Assembly (NCBI GenBank): GCA_040902295.1
Contig: JBBDXO010000308.1
Location: 1 to 56,771, forward strand
DNA from: Candidatus Rokuibacteriota bacterium
GTDB taxonomy: Bacteria; Methylomirabilota; Methylomirabilia; Rokubacteriales; CSP1-6
Length of the DNA stretch: 56,771 nt
Direction of reading: 5' to 3'
Part shown: piece after piece, positions 15,857-33,074 of the stretch
How positions within the stretch are numbered: the stretch's first letter is position 1
Layout: every line of letters begins with the position of its first letter
Made by a program: the position numbers and the translations under genes
The notes under the pieces: model-generated
What the model was told of the DNA's origin: nothing
Seen by the model: only the letters and a program-made list of their open reading frames with translations
Databases searched by the model: none

Positions 15857-16684
15857 ATGCCGCTGCTGAGCCGGATGTGGGCGTCCCGCCGCGCCCTCAC
15901 GCTGGTGGAAGCGTTCCGCCGTGCCGACCGGTTCCGGCGCGAGGGCCGGCTGCCGGAGGCCATGGCGATGGTCGGGTACGGGCTGGGCCTCGATCCCGAC
16001 AACATCACGGGGCACCTGCTCGCGGCCTACCTTCATGCGGCCGGCCGCGCGATGGCGCCGGCGAAGGCGGAGTTTCAGTGGGTGCTTGGCCGCGATCCTC
16101 ACCACGCCCGAGCCCTTCTCGGCCTCGCCCGCATCGCGCTCGAGGAGGGCCAGCCCACGGGCTGCCGCGAGCTCCTCGGCCGGGCCCTGCGCTTCTACCC
16201 CGAGTTTCCGGAGGCGCAGGCCCTGCTGGGGGCCGTGACCGCGCTGGCCGCCCCCGCGCCGCCCGCCGTCGCCCCCGTCACCCTCGACCGGCTGCGCCTG
16301 CCCGACCACGGCCGGTCGCTCGTGGTCGCCCGCCACGACGGCGCGCTGGTGGGGACGGGCGACGGTGACGACGACGAGGCGACGCGCGCGGCCGCCCTCG
16401 CCCGCATCCTGGTGGTGGCGGCGGCGGCGCTCACGCGCGGAGGCTTCGGCGCCGTGCGCCGTGCCATCGTGGAGGACCGCGAGGAGGCCGTCTTCGCGCG
16501 CACGGACGGCGCCATGCTGGTCGCGCTCACGCTGCCACGCACGACGGCGATCACGCAGGGGCTGCTGGAGGTCAACCGGTTGTGGGCGGGAGTCCGGCAG
16601 GTCGACGCACCGGCGTCGTCTTCTGCGCCGGGGACGGCTGCGACGACCGCGCCCGAGAGCGCGTCGGACAGGAGAGCATCATGA
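15857..16684 (+). CDS. TPR-repeat N-terminal domain fused to a Roadblock-like C-terminal domain
   Basis: TPR-like helices: EAMAMVGYGLGLDPDNITGHLLAAYLHAAGR, AKAEFQWVLGRDPHHARALLGLARIALEEGQ, GRALRFYPEFPEAQALLG. The C-terminal half (SLVVARHDGALVGTG...AALARILVVAAAALTRGGFGAVRRAIVEDREEAVFARTDGAMLVALTL) is Roadblock-like. GGGGGAG SD lies before ATG 15857. Confidence 0.6.
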   Translation: MPLLSRMWASRRALTLVEAFRRADRFRREGRLPEAMAMVGYGLGLDPDNITGHLLAAYLHAAGRAMAPAKAEFQWVLGRDPHHARALLGLARIALEEGQPTGCRELLGRALRFYPEFPEAQALLGAVTALAAPAPPAVAPVTLDRLRLPDHGRSLVVARHDGALVGTGDGDDDEATRAAALARILVVAAAALTRGGFGAVRRAIVEDREEAVFARTDGAMLVALTLPRTTAITQGLLEVNRLWAGVRQVDAPASSSAPGTAATTAPESASDRRAS

Positions 16685-17130
16685 CGCCATCCCGACTCGT
16701 GCAATCGCCGGCCCCCCGGCTCACGCTGTCGCTCGAGAGTGAGACGGGCGCCCGCGGCCGTCACGTCTGCGACGTGGTGGAGCGGCTGGTGGACCTGCAC
16801 CTCGTCCGCGGCGCGATGATCGTGGCGCCCGACGGGTTCGTGATCGCCGCCCAGCTCCCGCCTGCGCTCGCCGTGGAGCCGCTCGCCGCGCTGGCGGCGA
16901 CGCTCGGCCGCGAGCTGGAGATCAACGCCGCCCGCCTCGGTGGCACGCCGTTCCAGACGGCGCTCTTCTCGGCCGACGACGGGACGCTGTGCCTGGGGAC
17001 GACGCGCATCGGCTTCGTGGTGGTGCTCGCCGAGCCGCACGCCAACCTCCACACCATCCGCGCCGCCGTTCGGGACGCCGTCGCGCGTATCGAAGCGGTG
17101 TGGCAGGAGGCGGCGCCGCCCCCCGCCTGA
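16681..17130 (+). CDS. stand-alone Roadblock/LC7 domain protein
   Basis: VVERLVDLHLVRGAMIVAPDGFVIAAQLPPALAVEPLAALAATLGRELE...QTALFSADDGTLCLGTTRIGFVVVLAEPHANLHTIR. ATG 16681 overlaps the upstream stop (ATGA). 149 aa. Confidence 0.7.
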   Translation: MTPSRLVQSPAPRLTLSLESETGARGRHVCDVVERLVDLHLVRGAMIVAPDGFVIAAQLPPALAVEPLAALAATLGRELEINAARLGGTPFQTALFSADDGTLCLGTTRIGFVVVLAEPHANLHTIRAAVRDAVARIEAVWQEAAPPPA

Positions 17131-17132
17131 GC

Positions 17133-19693
<2,561 letters not shown>

Positions 19694-19712
19694 GGCAGGA
19701 GCACGGCGGCGC

Positions 19713-20433
19713 TCACGGCGTGCCGTCGCTCTGCAGGGAAGCCACGAGGGTGGCCACGGCGGCGGCCGGCTCCGGCGCGCCCGTGATCGGCCGGCCGATG
19801 ACCAGGTAATCAGCGCCGGCGCGCACGGCGGCGGCGGCCGTCGCCACGCGCGCCTGGTCGTCGTCGGTGGCGGCGGGCCGGATGCCCGGCGTGACGATGA
19901 CCCAGGCGCTGCCGAGCGCGCGGCGCAGGAGCGTGATCTCGTGCGGGGAGGCGACGCAGCCATCGAGGCCGGCGGCGCGCGCGTGGTCGGCCAGGCGCAG
20001 CACGTGCGCGGGGACGTTGCCGTGCACGCCGAGCTCCGTCGCCAGCGTGCGGCCATCGAGGCTCGTGAGCACGGTGACCCCCAGGCACAGCGGGCGCGGG
20101 AGCTTGAACTCCGCCGCCGCCTCCGCCGCCGCCCCGGGGGGGGCGCGCATCATCGCGCGGCCGCCGCCTGCGTGCACGTTGAGCATGAAGACGCCGAGGC
20201 GGGTGGCCTCCCGCACCGCGCCCGCCACCGTGTTCGGGATGTCGTGGAACTTGAGATCGAGAAAGACGCGCACGCCGCGCTTGAGGGCCGCCTCCACGGC
20301 GGCGGGGCCGGCGGCGGTGAAGAGCTGGGAGCCCACCTTGACCCCGGTGACGGCGCCCGCGAGCCGGTCGAGGAGAGCCTCCGCATCCGTCAGGGACTCC
20401 ACGTCCAGCGCGACCAGGATGCGGTCGCGGGCG

Positions 20434-20441
<8 letters not shown>
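19713..20441 (-). CDS. pyrF: orotidine 5'-phosphate decarboxylase
   Basis: [42 protein letters not shown] motifs. The start overlaps the carB stop by 8 nt. Confidence 0.9.
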
Positions 20442-23637
<3,196 letters not shown>

Positions 23638-23657
23638 GTGTGCTCTCCCGGTCCCGG

Positions 23658-23924
23658 CTATTCCTCGACGAGCCCATACACGATCGAGGTCTCCGGCGCC
23701 GCCTCTTCGCGCTTGTACAGCACGTCGTCGAGGCGGCCGCTGCCGACCCAGACCACCTGGCCGTCGCCCCAGAGCTGCTCGCCGAGCACGCTCATCCGCT
23801 TGTCCACGCGCTCCTTGATGGCGTGCGCCTCCAGCGAGGCGTCGCTCTGCGAGGTGAAGGAGGCCCAGTCCGGCTTCTGCCCGCCGCCCTCGAGCTTGCG
23901 GTACGAGATCAGATATTTCGGCAT
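23658..23924 (-). CDS. hypothetical 88-aa protein inserted between carA and carB
   Basis: ATG lies 7 nt after the carA stop, and its stop lies 20 nt before the carB start. Codons are strongly GC3-biased like the neighbours. I recognise no family ([23 protein letters not shown]...). Confidence 0.55.
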   Translation of the reverse strand: MPKYLISYRKLEGGGQKPDWASFTSQSDASLEAHAIKERVDKRMSVLGEQLWGDGQVVWVGSGRLDDVLYKREEAAPETSIVYGLVEE

Positions 23925-23931
23925 CGCCCGC

Positions 23932-25058
23932 TCACGCTCCTTTCTTGCGTCCGGACATGAGAGTCGTAAACCGCTCGAAGAGGTAGCTCGCGTCGTGCGG
24001 CCCCGGCGAGGCTTCGGGGTGGTACTGCACCGAGAAGACGGGCCACTCGCGGTGGCGCATCCCCTCGCACGTGTCGTCGTTGAGGTTCATGTGCGTGGGC
24101 TCCCAGCCCCGGGCGGCCACGGAGGCGGGATCGACCGCGAAATTGTGGTTCTGCGAGGTGATCTCCACGCGGCCCGTCGCGATGTCCTTGACCGGGTGAT
24201 TGGCCCCGTGGTGGCCGAAGGGCAGCTTGTACGTGCGGCCGCCCGCGGCAAGGCCGAGGATCTGGTGGCCGAGACAGATGCCGAACACCGGCACCCGGCC
24301 GAGCAGCCCGCGCACGGACTCCACCAGGTACGGCACCCCCTCGGGATCGCCGGGCCCGTTGGAGAGGAAGACGCCGTCCGGCTTGCGCTCGAGCACCGCC
24401 TCCGCCGGCGTGGACGCCGGCACCACGGTCACCTCGCACCCGGCGGTGCGGAGCTGGCGCAGGATGTTGAACTTGATCCCGGCATCGTAGGCGACGACGG
24501 AGAAGCGCGACGCGGGGCCGGCCACGTAGCCGCGGGCCAGATCCCACTCACCCTCCGTCCACGTGAAGGGCGCCGCCGCCGTCACCTCGCTCACGAGATC
24601 CCGGCCCACCAGGCCGGGCAGCGCGCGCACGCGCTGCAGCACCCGCGCCTCGTCGGTATCGGCGGAGGAGATGATGCCGTCCTGCGAGCCGTGGTCACGC
24701 AGGTGCCGGGTGAGCGCGCGGGTGTCGATCCCCTGCAGCCCCACGAGGCCATGGGTCTTCAGGTACTGGTCGAGGCTCACCCGGCCGCGCCAGCTCGAGG
24801 GGCAGGCGGAGGCCTCCTTGACGATGAGGCCGTTGGCCCACGGGCGCGCGGACTCCACGTCCTCGTCGTTGAGTCCATAATTGCCGATCATCGGGTACGT
24901 CATCGTGACGATCTGCCCTCGATACGAGGGGTCGGTGAGTATCTCCTGGTAGCCGGACATCGCCGTATTGAAGATGACTTCGCCCGCGGTCTCTCCTTCG
25001 GCGCCGAGAGGGGCGCCGCGGAACACCCGGCCGTCGCGCAGGACGAGAATCGCCTCCT

Positions 25059-25062
<4 letters not shown>
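23932..25062 (-). CDS. carA: carbamoyl-phosphate synthase small (glutaminase) subunit
   Basis: [16 protein letters not shown]..., catalytic GICLGHQ and HGANHPV motifs. ATG 25062 forms an ATGA overlap with the pyrC stop. The rest of track ORF 23932-26067 is shadow over pyrC. Confidence 0.95.
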
Positions 25063-27265
<2,203 letters not shown>

Positions 27266-27267
27266 GC

Positions 27268-27871
<604 letters not shown>

Positions 27872-27895
27872 AAAGCGCGGTGCTAACCCGAGACG

Positions 27896-27925
27896 ACTCT
27901 ACATGCGCGTCGTGTCCGGTGTCAA
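27896..27925 (-). promoter_or_regulatory. sigma-70-like promoter for the pyr operon, TTGACA-18-TAGAGT
   Basis: On the minus strand, TTGACA (27925-27920) overlaps the stop of the upstream kinase gene, followed by an 18-nt spacer and TAGAGT (27901-27896). This would give a ~60-nt leader containing the PyrR hairpin. Confidence 0.4.
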
Positions 27926-29850
27926 CCGGGGCGCCTCCCGCTCGTGGAATCCATGAGCAGCGCCATGAGCTGATCGAGGTTGATGGGCTTCGTGAGGTGG
28001 GCCTCGAAGCCGGCCGCCATCGCCTGGCGCACGTCTTCGGCCTGGCCATACCCGGTGAGCGCGATGAGCCGCACGGCGGCGCCGCCGTGCGCGGCACGGA
28101 TGCGGCGCGCCACCTCCATGCCGTCGATGTCGGGCAGTCCGATGTCGCAGAGGACGACGTCGGGGTGCAGGGTGGCCGCCGCGCGCACCCCTTCCTCGCC
28201 GCGCTCGGCCGTGTCCACGTGGGCGCCTTCCACCTCCAGCATGAATTTGAGGACGTCGCGGGTGTCGGCGTTGTCCTCGATCACCAGCACGGAGCGGCGG
28301 CCGAGCTGCCCGCGCTCGGCGGGGTGGGCGCCGATGGGCGCCGACTTCGGCTGCGCCAGTGGCAGCGTGATGCGAAAGCGCGCGCCGCGCCCGACGCCCT
28401 CGGAGAACGCTTCCACGGTGCCGCCGTGCAGCTCGGTGAGCCGCTTGACGAGGTCGAGGCCGATGCCCAGACCACCGCGCCGGCTCGACTGGCTGCCCTG
28501 GCGGAAGGCCTCGAAGATGACGGGCAGGTCCTCGGGCATGATGCCCTCGCCGGTGTCCTCGATGTCCAGCCGCGCGCGCTCGCCCTCGGCGCTCAGCGCC
28601 ACGCTCACGCGGCCGCCGCCGGGCGTGAACTTGAGCGCGTTGGCGATGAGGTTGGTCGTGATCTGCTGCACGCGGGCGCCGTCGCCCCACATCGGCATCG
28701 GCTCCGCAGGCAGGGTGGCGGTGAGGCGGACGCGCTTGAAGGCGGCGCCCTCCTCGAACGACTCCACGGAGGCGCGTACCTGGTCGCGCAGGTCGAATGA
28801 CTCCAGGCGGAGGGCGAACTTGCCGTGCACGATGCGTGAGAGGTCGAGCAGGTCGTCGACGAGGCGCACCTGCTGCCGGATGTTGCGGTGGATCGCCTCC
28901 AGCGCGCGCGCGGTGACGTCGTCGAGGGTGCCGTGGCGCCGCAGCACCTCGGTCCAGCCGAGGATCGGCTGCAGCGGCGTGCGCAGCTCGTGGGAGAGGG
29001 CGGCGATGAACTCGTCCTTGAGCCGGCTCGCGGTCTCCGCCGTGACCCGCGCGCTCTCCAGCTCCGCGCGCGCGGCCACCTCCTCCGTGACGTCCTTCCA
29101 GGTGACGAGCGCCGCGTAGATCTCGCCGTCGGAACGACGCAGCGGGTGCGCGCTCGTGCGCATGCGGCGCGCATGTCCGGCCGCGGTCACCGCCATGACT
29201 TCGATGCCGTCCACGGTCTCCCCCCGCAGCGCGCGGGGGGAGGGATACTCGCCGGCGGGCAGCGCCCGCCCCTCGAGGTCGGTGAGCCGCAGGCTGCGCA
29301 TGCGCGCCTCCACGGTGCTGCCGGGCTGCAGGCCGAGCATCTCGCGGCCCACCGTGTTCGTGAAGCGCATGACGCCCTCGACGCCGATCATGAAGACGCC
29401 GTCGCTGACGAGGTTGACGATCGCCTCCAGCCGCGTGGCGTGGTCGGCCACCTCACGCTCGAGGCGGGCGGCGGTGGTGACGTCGTGGAACACGGAGACG
29501 GTCCCCGCCGTGCCGCCCTCGGCGAGCAGGGGCACGGTGTTCACGACGTACGTCGACTCCCCGTCGTCGGAGGCGATGGACAGCTCGGCGCCGATGACCG
29601 CCTGGCCCTGCGCGAGCGCGCGCGGGATGGGATGCAGCGCAGCGGGCAGAGGCTGGCCGTCGGTGGTGCGGATGCGCAGGCGGGCCAGGTGCTCGGCGAT
29701 GGGCCGTCCGATGTGCTTGTCGACGCCGAAGCAGCGGATGGCGATGGGGTTGGCGTACGTGATCACGCCGGCGCCGTCCGTGACGAGCACGGGCTCCACG
29801 AGCGCGTCGAGGACCGCATCGAAGATGGTGCGCGGATCTACAGGTGCCAA
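27922..29850 (-). CDS. multi-PAS hybrid sensor histidine kinase with C-terminal receiver
   Basis: Three PAS-like blocks; H-box FIAALSHELRTPLQPILGW; N-box QQITTNLIANALKFTP; DTGEGI and GGLGIGL boxes; REC VLVIEDNADTRD...VVLCDIGLPDIDGME...LIALTGY...HLTKP. TTG start at 29850. Confidence 0.85.
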   Translation of the reverse strand: MAPVDPRTIFDAVLDALVEPVLVTDGAGVITYANPIAIRCFGVDKHIGRPIAEHLARLRIRTTDGQPLPAALHPIPRALAQGQAVIGAELSIASDDGESTYVVNTVPLLAEGGTAGTVSVFHDVTTAARLEREVADHATRLEAIVNLVSDGVFMIGVEGVMRFTNTVGREMLGLQPGSTVEARMRSLRLTDLEGRALPAGEYPSPRALRGETVDGIEVMAVTAAGHARRMRTSAHPLRRSDGEIYAALVTWKDVTEEVAARAELESARVTAETASRLKDEFIAALSHELRTPLQPILGWTEVLRRHGTLDDVTARALEAIHRNIRQQVRLVDDLLDLSRIVHGKFALRLESFDLRDQVRASVESFEEGAAFKRVRLTATLPAEPMPMWGDGARVQQITTNLIANALKFTPGGGRVSVALSAEGERARLDIEDTGEGIMPEDLPVIFEAFRQGSQSSRRGGLGIGLDLVKRLTELHGGTVEAFSEGVGRGARFRITLPLAQPKSAPIGAHPAERGQLGRRSVLVIEDNADTRDVLKFMLEVEGAHVDTAERGEEGVRAAATLHPDVVLCDIGLPDIDGMEVARRIRAAHGGAAVRLIALTGYGQAEDVRQAMAAGFEAHLTKPINLDQLMALLMDSTSGRRPG

Positions 29851-29891
29851 GGCCTACCCGCTCGAGAAAGTGATCTGAGCATAACACGCCG

Positions 29892-30452
29892 TTACTCGAC
29901 GGCCGGCTCCGGCGCGGGCGTATTCCACACCCGCATGAGGTCCCACCCGAGCAGCGCCATCGCGGCCAGCAGCGTGAGCACGCCCACCATGAAGACGAGG
30001 CGGCCGAGCGGGTCCGCGGCGTCGCGCAGGCTCAGCTCGGAGAGGAGGTAGTTCCAGTCGTGCGTGAGCCCTTCCGCGAGCAGCGGCAGCTTCATGTCGC
30101 GTCCGTCCGCGACGTAGATGGCGACGCCGATGATGTTCTCGCCCGTCCAGAACACGGCCGCCGAGGCGGAGGCGGGCTGCTTCTGCCGCAGGAAGTGCAC
30201 GGCGCAGAGGGCGGGGATGAGCACCTGCATGAGCGAGCCGCCGAGGGCGGCGATGAAGGAGCCGAAGAACCCGAAGATGACGTGGCCCGCCTCGTGGAAG
30301 ACCAGATCGACGAGCCGGATGAAGGACAGGAGGCCGCTGCTCTCGAGGGTGAGGCCGCGGGCGGCGAGCTTCCAGCCCAGCACCGCCATCACGAGCAGCG
30401 CGATCGCTCGTCCGGCGACGGGCGCCGTCACGCGCGTCCGGGCTGCCGTCAC
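29892..30452 (-). CDS. polytopic membrane protein with HExxH motif (putative intramembrane zinc metalloprotease-like)
   Basis: VFHEAGHVIFGFFGS sits within a hydrophobic segment, with about 5 TM segments. GTG 30452 overlaps the stop of the upstream CoA-transferase gene (GTGA). The upstream part of track ORF 29892-30719 is shadow. Confidence 0.55.
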   Translation of the reverse strand: MTAARTRVTAPVAGRAIALLVMAVLGWKLAARGLTLESSGLLSFIRLVDLVFHEAGHVIFGFFGSFIAALGGSLMQVLIPALCAVHFLRQKQPASASAAVFWTGENIIGVAIYVADGRDMKLPLLAEGLTHDWNYLLSELSLRDAADPLGRLVFMVGVLTLLAAMALLGWDLMRVWNTPAPEPAVE

Positions 30453-31654
30453 CGCGCCTCCGCGACCACGCCCAGCGCGAGCAGCTCGTCCACCCGCGCG
30501 CCGTCGTACCCCGCCACCTCCGCGAGCACCGCGCGCGTGTGCTCGCCCACGCGGTAGGGGGGGGGGCCGGCCGGCACGAGGCCGTGGCCGTCCACGTGGA
30601 AGGGCACGGCGCTGATGCGCACGCGGCCCCGCGCCGGGTGTGCCACGTCGGTGAAGGCCCCGCGCGCCTGCAGGTGCGGATCGGCGATCACTTCCTCCGG
30701 CGAGCGCACGGGTGCGCACGGGATGCGCCCGGCGCTCAGCGCGGTGACGGCATCCTCCACGGTCTTGAACGTGTCCAGCCAGCCCGTGATGCGCGCGCGC
30801 AGCAGCGGCCAGTGCGCGCGGCGCGCATCAGGCGTTGTGAAGCGCGCGTCGTGCCGGATATCGGGCGGTCCCAGCAGCGCGGCCAGGCGCGGGAAGAGGT
30901 CGGGCGCTCCCACCGTCTGCAGCGCGAGATAGCGGCCGCCCACTGCGTGCACCACCATGCCCGGCCGCGGCCCGGGGTACTCGGCGCCGCCGTTGAGCAC
31001 GCTCGGCATGCTGATGTCTTCCGCCGCCACCAGCGCCTCCAGCATGGAGACGTCGAGGTAGGCGCCCGCTCCCGTGCGGCCGCGGCGCAGGAGCGCGGCG
31101 AGGATGACGCCGAAGGCGTGGGTGCCCGCCAGCACGTCCGCCGTCTGCAGGTAGCCGACCGCGGGCGCCGCCGCCTCCTGCTGCTCGAGGTGCATGACGC
31201 CCGAGATGGCGTTGACGATGTGCGCGAACGCGGGCCGCCCGCGCATCGGCCCCGTCTGCCCGAAGCCGGAGATGGAGCAGTAGACGAGATCGGGCTTCAC
31301 TCCGGCCAGCGCGGGGTAATCGCAGCCGAAGCGCGCCATGATGCCCGGCACGAAGTTCTCGACCACCACGTCGGCGTGGCGGGCGAGATCGGCGACGACC
31401 GCGCGCGCCCGGGGCGTGGTGAGATCGATGGCCACCGAGCGCTTGCCCGCGTTCAGGCGCGTGAAGTACGTGGACTGGTCGTCACGGCCCGGCTCGAGCT
31501 GCAGGTAGCCGCGCCGCATCTCGTCGCCGTCGCGGGGCCGCTCCACCTTCAGCACGCGCGCGCCGAGATCGGCCATGAGCCGCGTGCAGTAGGGGCCGGC
31601 GAGCACGCGCGTGAAGTCGAGGACGGTGACGCCGGCGAGCAGGGAGCCGGTCAC
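30449..31654 (-). CDS. family III CoA-transferase (CaiB/BaiF-type)
   Basis: GVTVLDFTRVLAGPYCTRLMADLGARVLKVERP N-terminal Rossmann motif and LNAGKRSVAIDL motif. 401 aa. Confidence 0.85.
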   Translation of the reverse strand: MTGSLLAGVTVLDFTRVLAGPYCTRLMADLGARVLKVERPRDGDEMRRGYLQLEPGRDDQSTYFTRLNAGKRSVAIDLTTPRARAVVADLARHADVVVENFVPGIMARFGCDYPALAGVKPDLVYCSISGFGQTGPMRGRPAFAHIVNAISGVMHLEQQEAAAPAVGYLQTADVLAGTHAFGVILAALLRRGRTGAGAYLDVSMLEALVAAEDISMPSVLNGGAEYPGPRPGMVVHAVGGRYLALQTVGAPDLFPRLAALLGPPDIRHDARFTTPDARRAHWPLLRARITGWLDTFKTVEDAVTALSAGRIPCAPVRSPEEVIADPHLQARGAFTDVAHPARGRVRISAVPFHVDGHGLVPAGPPPYRVGEHTRAVLAEVAGYDGARVDELLALGVVAEAR

Positions 31655-31770
31655 CTCGTGACGAACCGGTGGGCCCGGGCGCGCAGGGCAGCGATCATCG
31701 CGCCTAATCTACCCCAACGTGGCGGTATGATGCCCGGCATGACGCGGCATCGTCCTCTTCGCGGCGGGGC

Positions 31771-32961
31771 ATGACGGCGCCGCTCGCCGGCTATCGCGTG
31801 CTCGAGCTCGCGCACCTCATCGCGGGTCCCGTGTGCGGGCTGTACCTGGCCGACATGGGCGCCGACGTCATCAAGGTCGAGCATCCGGTGGGTGGTGATG
31901 CCTCACGCACCTCGTACGGCGCGCACCTCAACGACGAGAGCGCCGTCTTCGTCACCGTCAATCGCAACAAGCGCAGCGTCGCCCTCGACCTCTCGCATCC
32001 CGAGGGCCAGGCGGTCTTCGCGCGCCTCGTGCGCGGCGCCGACGTCGTGATCGAGGCGTACCGCGGCGGCGTCGCCGAGCGCCTCGGCGTCGACTATGCG
32101 CGCCTGGCGCCGCTCAATCCCCGCCTCGTCTACTGCTCGGTGTCGGCCTTCGGTCCCGACGGCCCCTGGCGCGAGAAGCCCGGTCTCGACATGCTCGTGC
32201 AGGCCATGGGCGGCCTCATGTCGGTGATGGGCGAGGCCGACGGTCCGCCCGTGCTGTGCGGAGCGCCGGTGCTCGACACCATCGGCGCCCTCATGGCGGG
32301 CCAGGGCATCGTCACCGCCCTCCTGCACCGCGAGCGAACGGGCGAAGGCCAGCGCGTGGATGTCTCGCTCCTCAACGGGGCGCTGCTCGCGCACGCCGCG
32401 CGCCTGAGCATCTTCCTCGCCACGGGACAGGAGCCGGGACGCTGGGGCAGCGGCCATCCCTACATGGTCCCCTTTCAGGCCTTCGCGGCCCGCGACGGCG
32501 CCGTGTACGTGGCCGTGTGGGTGGACCGCCTGTGGCGGCCGTTCTGCGAGGCGATCGATCTCCCGGCGCTGGCGGACGACCCGCGCTTCGCGACGCGCGC
32601 CGGCCGGCTGCAGCGCCGCGCCGAGCTCACGGCGCTGCTCGCGGACGTGTTCGCGGGCGCACCCGTGCAGGAGTGGATGGCGCGGCTGGAAGCGCGCGAG
32701 GTGCTGTGCGCTCCCGTCAACGACTACGGCGATCTTGCCGACGATCCCGCCGTGCGCGCCAGCGGCATGCTGGTCGAGCAGGATCATCCCCGTGCCGGGC
32801 GGTTCACCACGCTCGATACGCCGATCCGGCTGTCCCGCACACCGGGGACCATCCGGACACCGTCGCCGATGCTCGGCGAGCATACCGAGGCGGTGCTGCG
32901 GGAGGCGGGGATGGCGGTCGAGGACGTCGCACGACTGCGCGAGGCGAAGGTGATCGCGTGA
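31771..32961 (+). CDS. family III CoA-transferase (CaiB/BaiF-type), divergent paralogue
   Basis: YRVLELAHLIAGPVCGLYLADMGADVIKVEHP, VNRNKRSVALDL, GHPYMVPFQAF motifs. 396 aa. Confidence 0.85.
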   Translation: MTAPLAGYRVLELAHLIAGPVCGLYLADMGADVIKVEHPVGGDASRTSYGAHLNDESAVFVTVNRNKRSVALDLSHPEGQAVFARLVRGADVVIEAYRGGVAERLGVDYARLAPLNPRLVYCSVSAFGPDGPWREKPGLDMLVQAMGGLMSVMGEADGPPVLCGAPVLDTIGALMAGQGIVTALLHRERTGEGQRVDVSLLNGALLAHAARLSIFLATGQEPGRWGSGHPYMVPFQAFAARDGAVYVAVWVDRLWRPFCEAIDLPALADDPRFATRAGRLQRRAELTALLADVFAGAPVQEWMARLEAREVLCAPVNDYGDLADDPAVRASGMLVEQDHPRAGRFTTLDTPIRLSRTPGTIRTPSPMLGEHTEAVLREAGMAVEDVARLREAKVIA

Positions 32962-33043
32962 CCGGGGTGACACTTGGCGTCGGCCAGGCCGACACCGGAC
33001 ACTCGATCCGTCCGTAACTGCGCGGACTATCGAGGTGACGGCT

Positions 33044-33059
33044 GGGCACCGTGCTTGCA
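33044..33059 (+). promoter_or_regulatory. sigma-54 type -24/-12 promoter, GGGCAC-cgtgc-TTGCA
   Basis: GG-N10-GC spacing is correct. The -12 C at 33058 is 17 nt from ATG 33075, with no SD. The element occupies the 5' extension of track ORF 33051-33440. Confidence 0.4.
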
Positions 33060-33074
33060 CATTGCCCCACCGGC

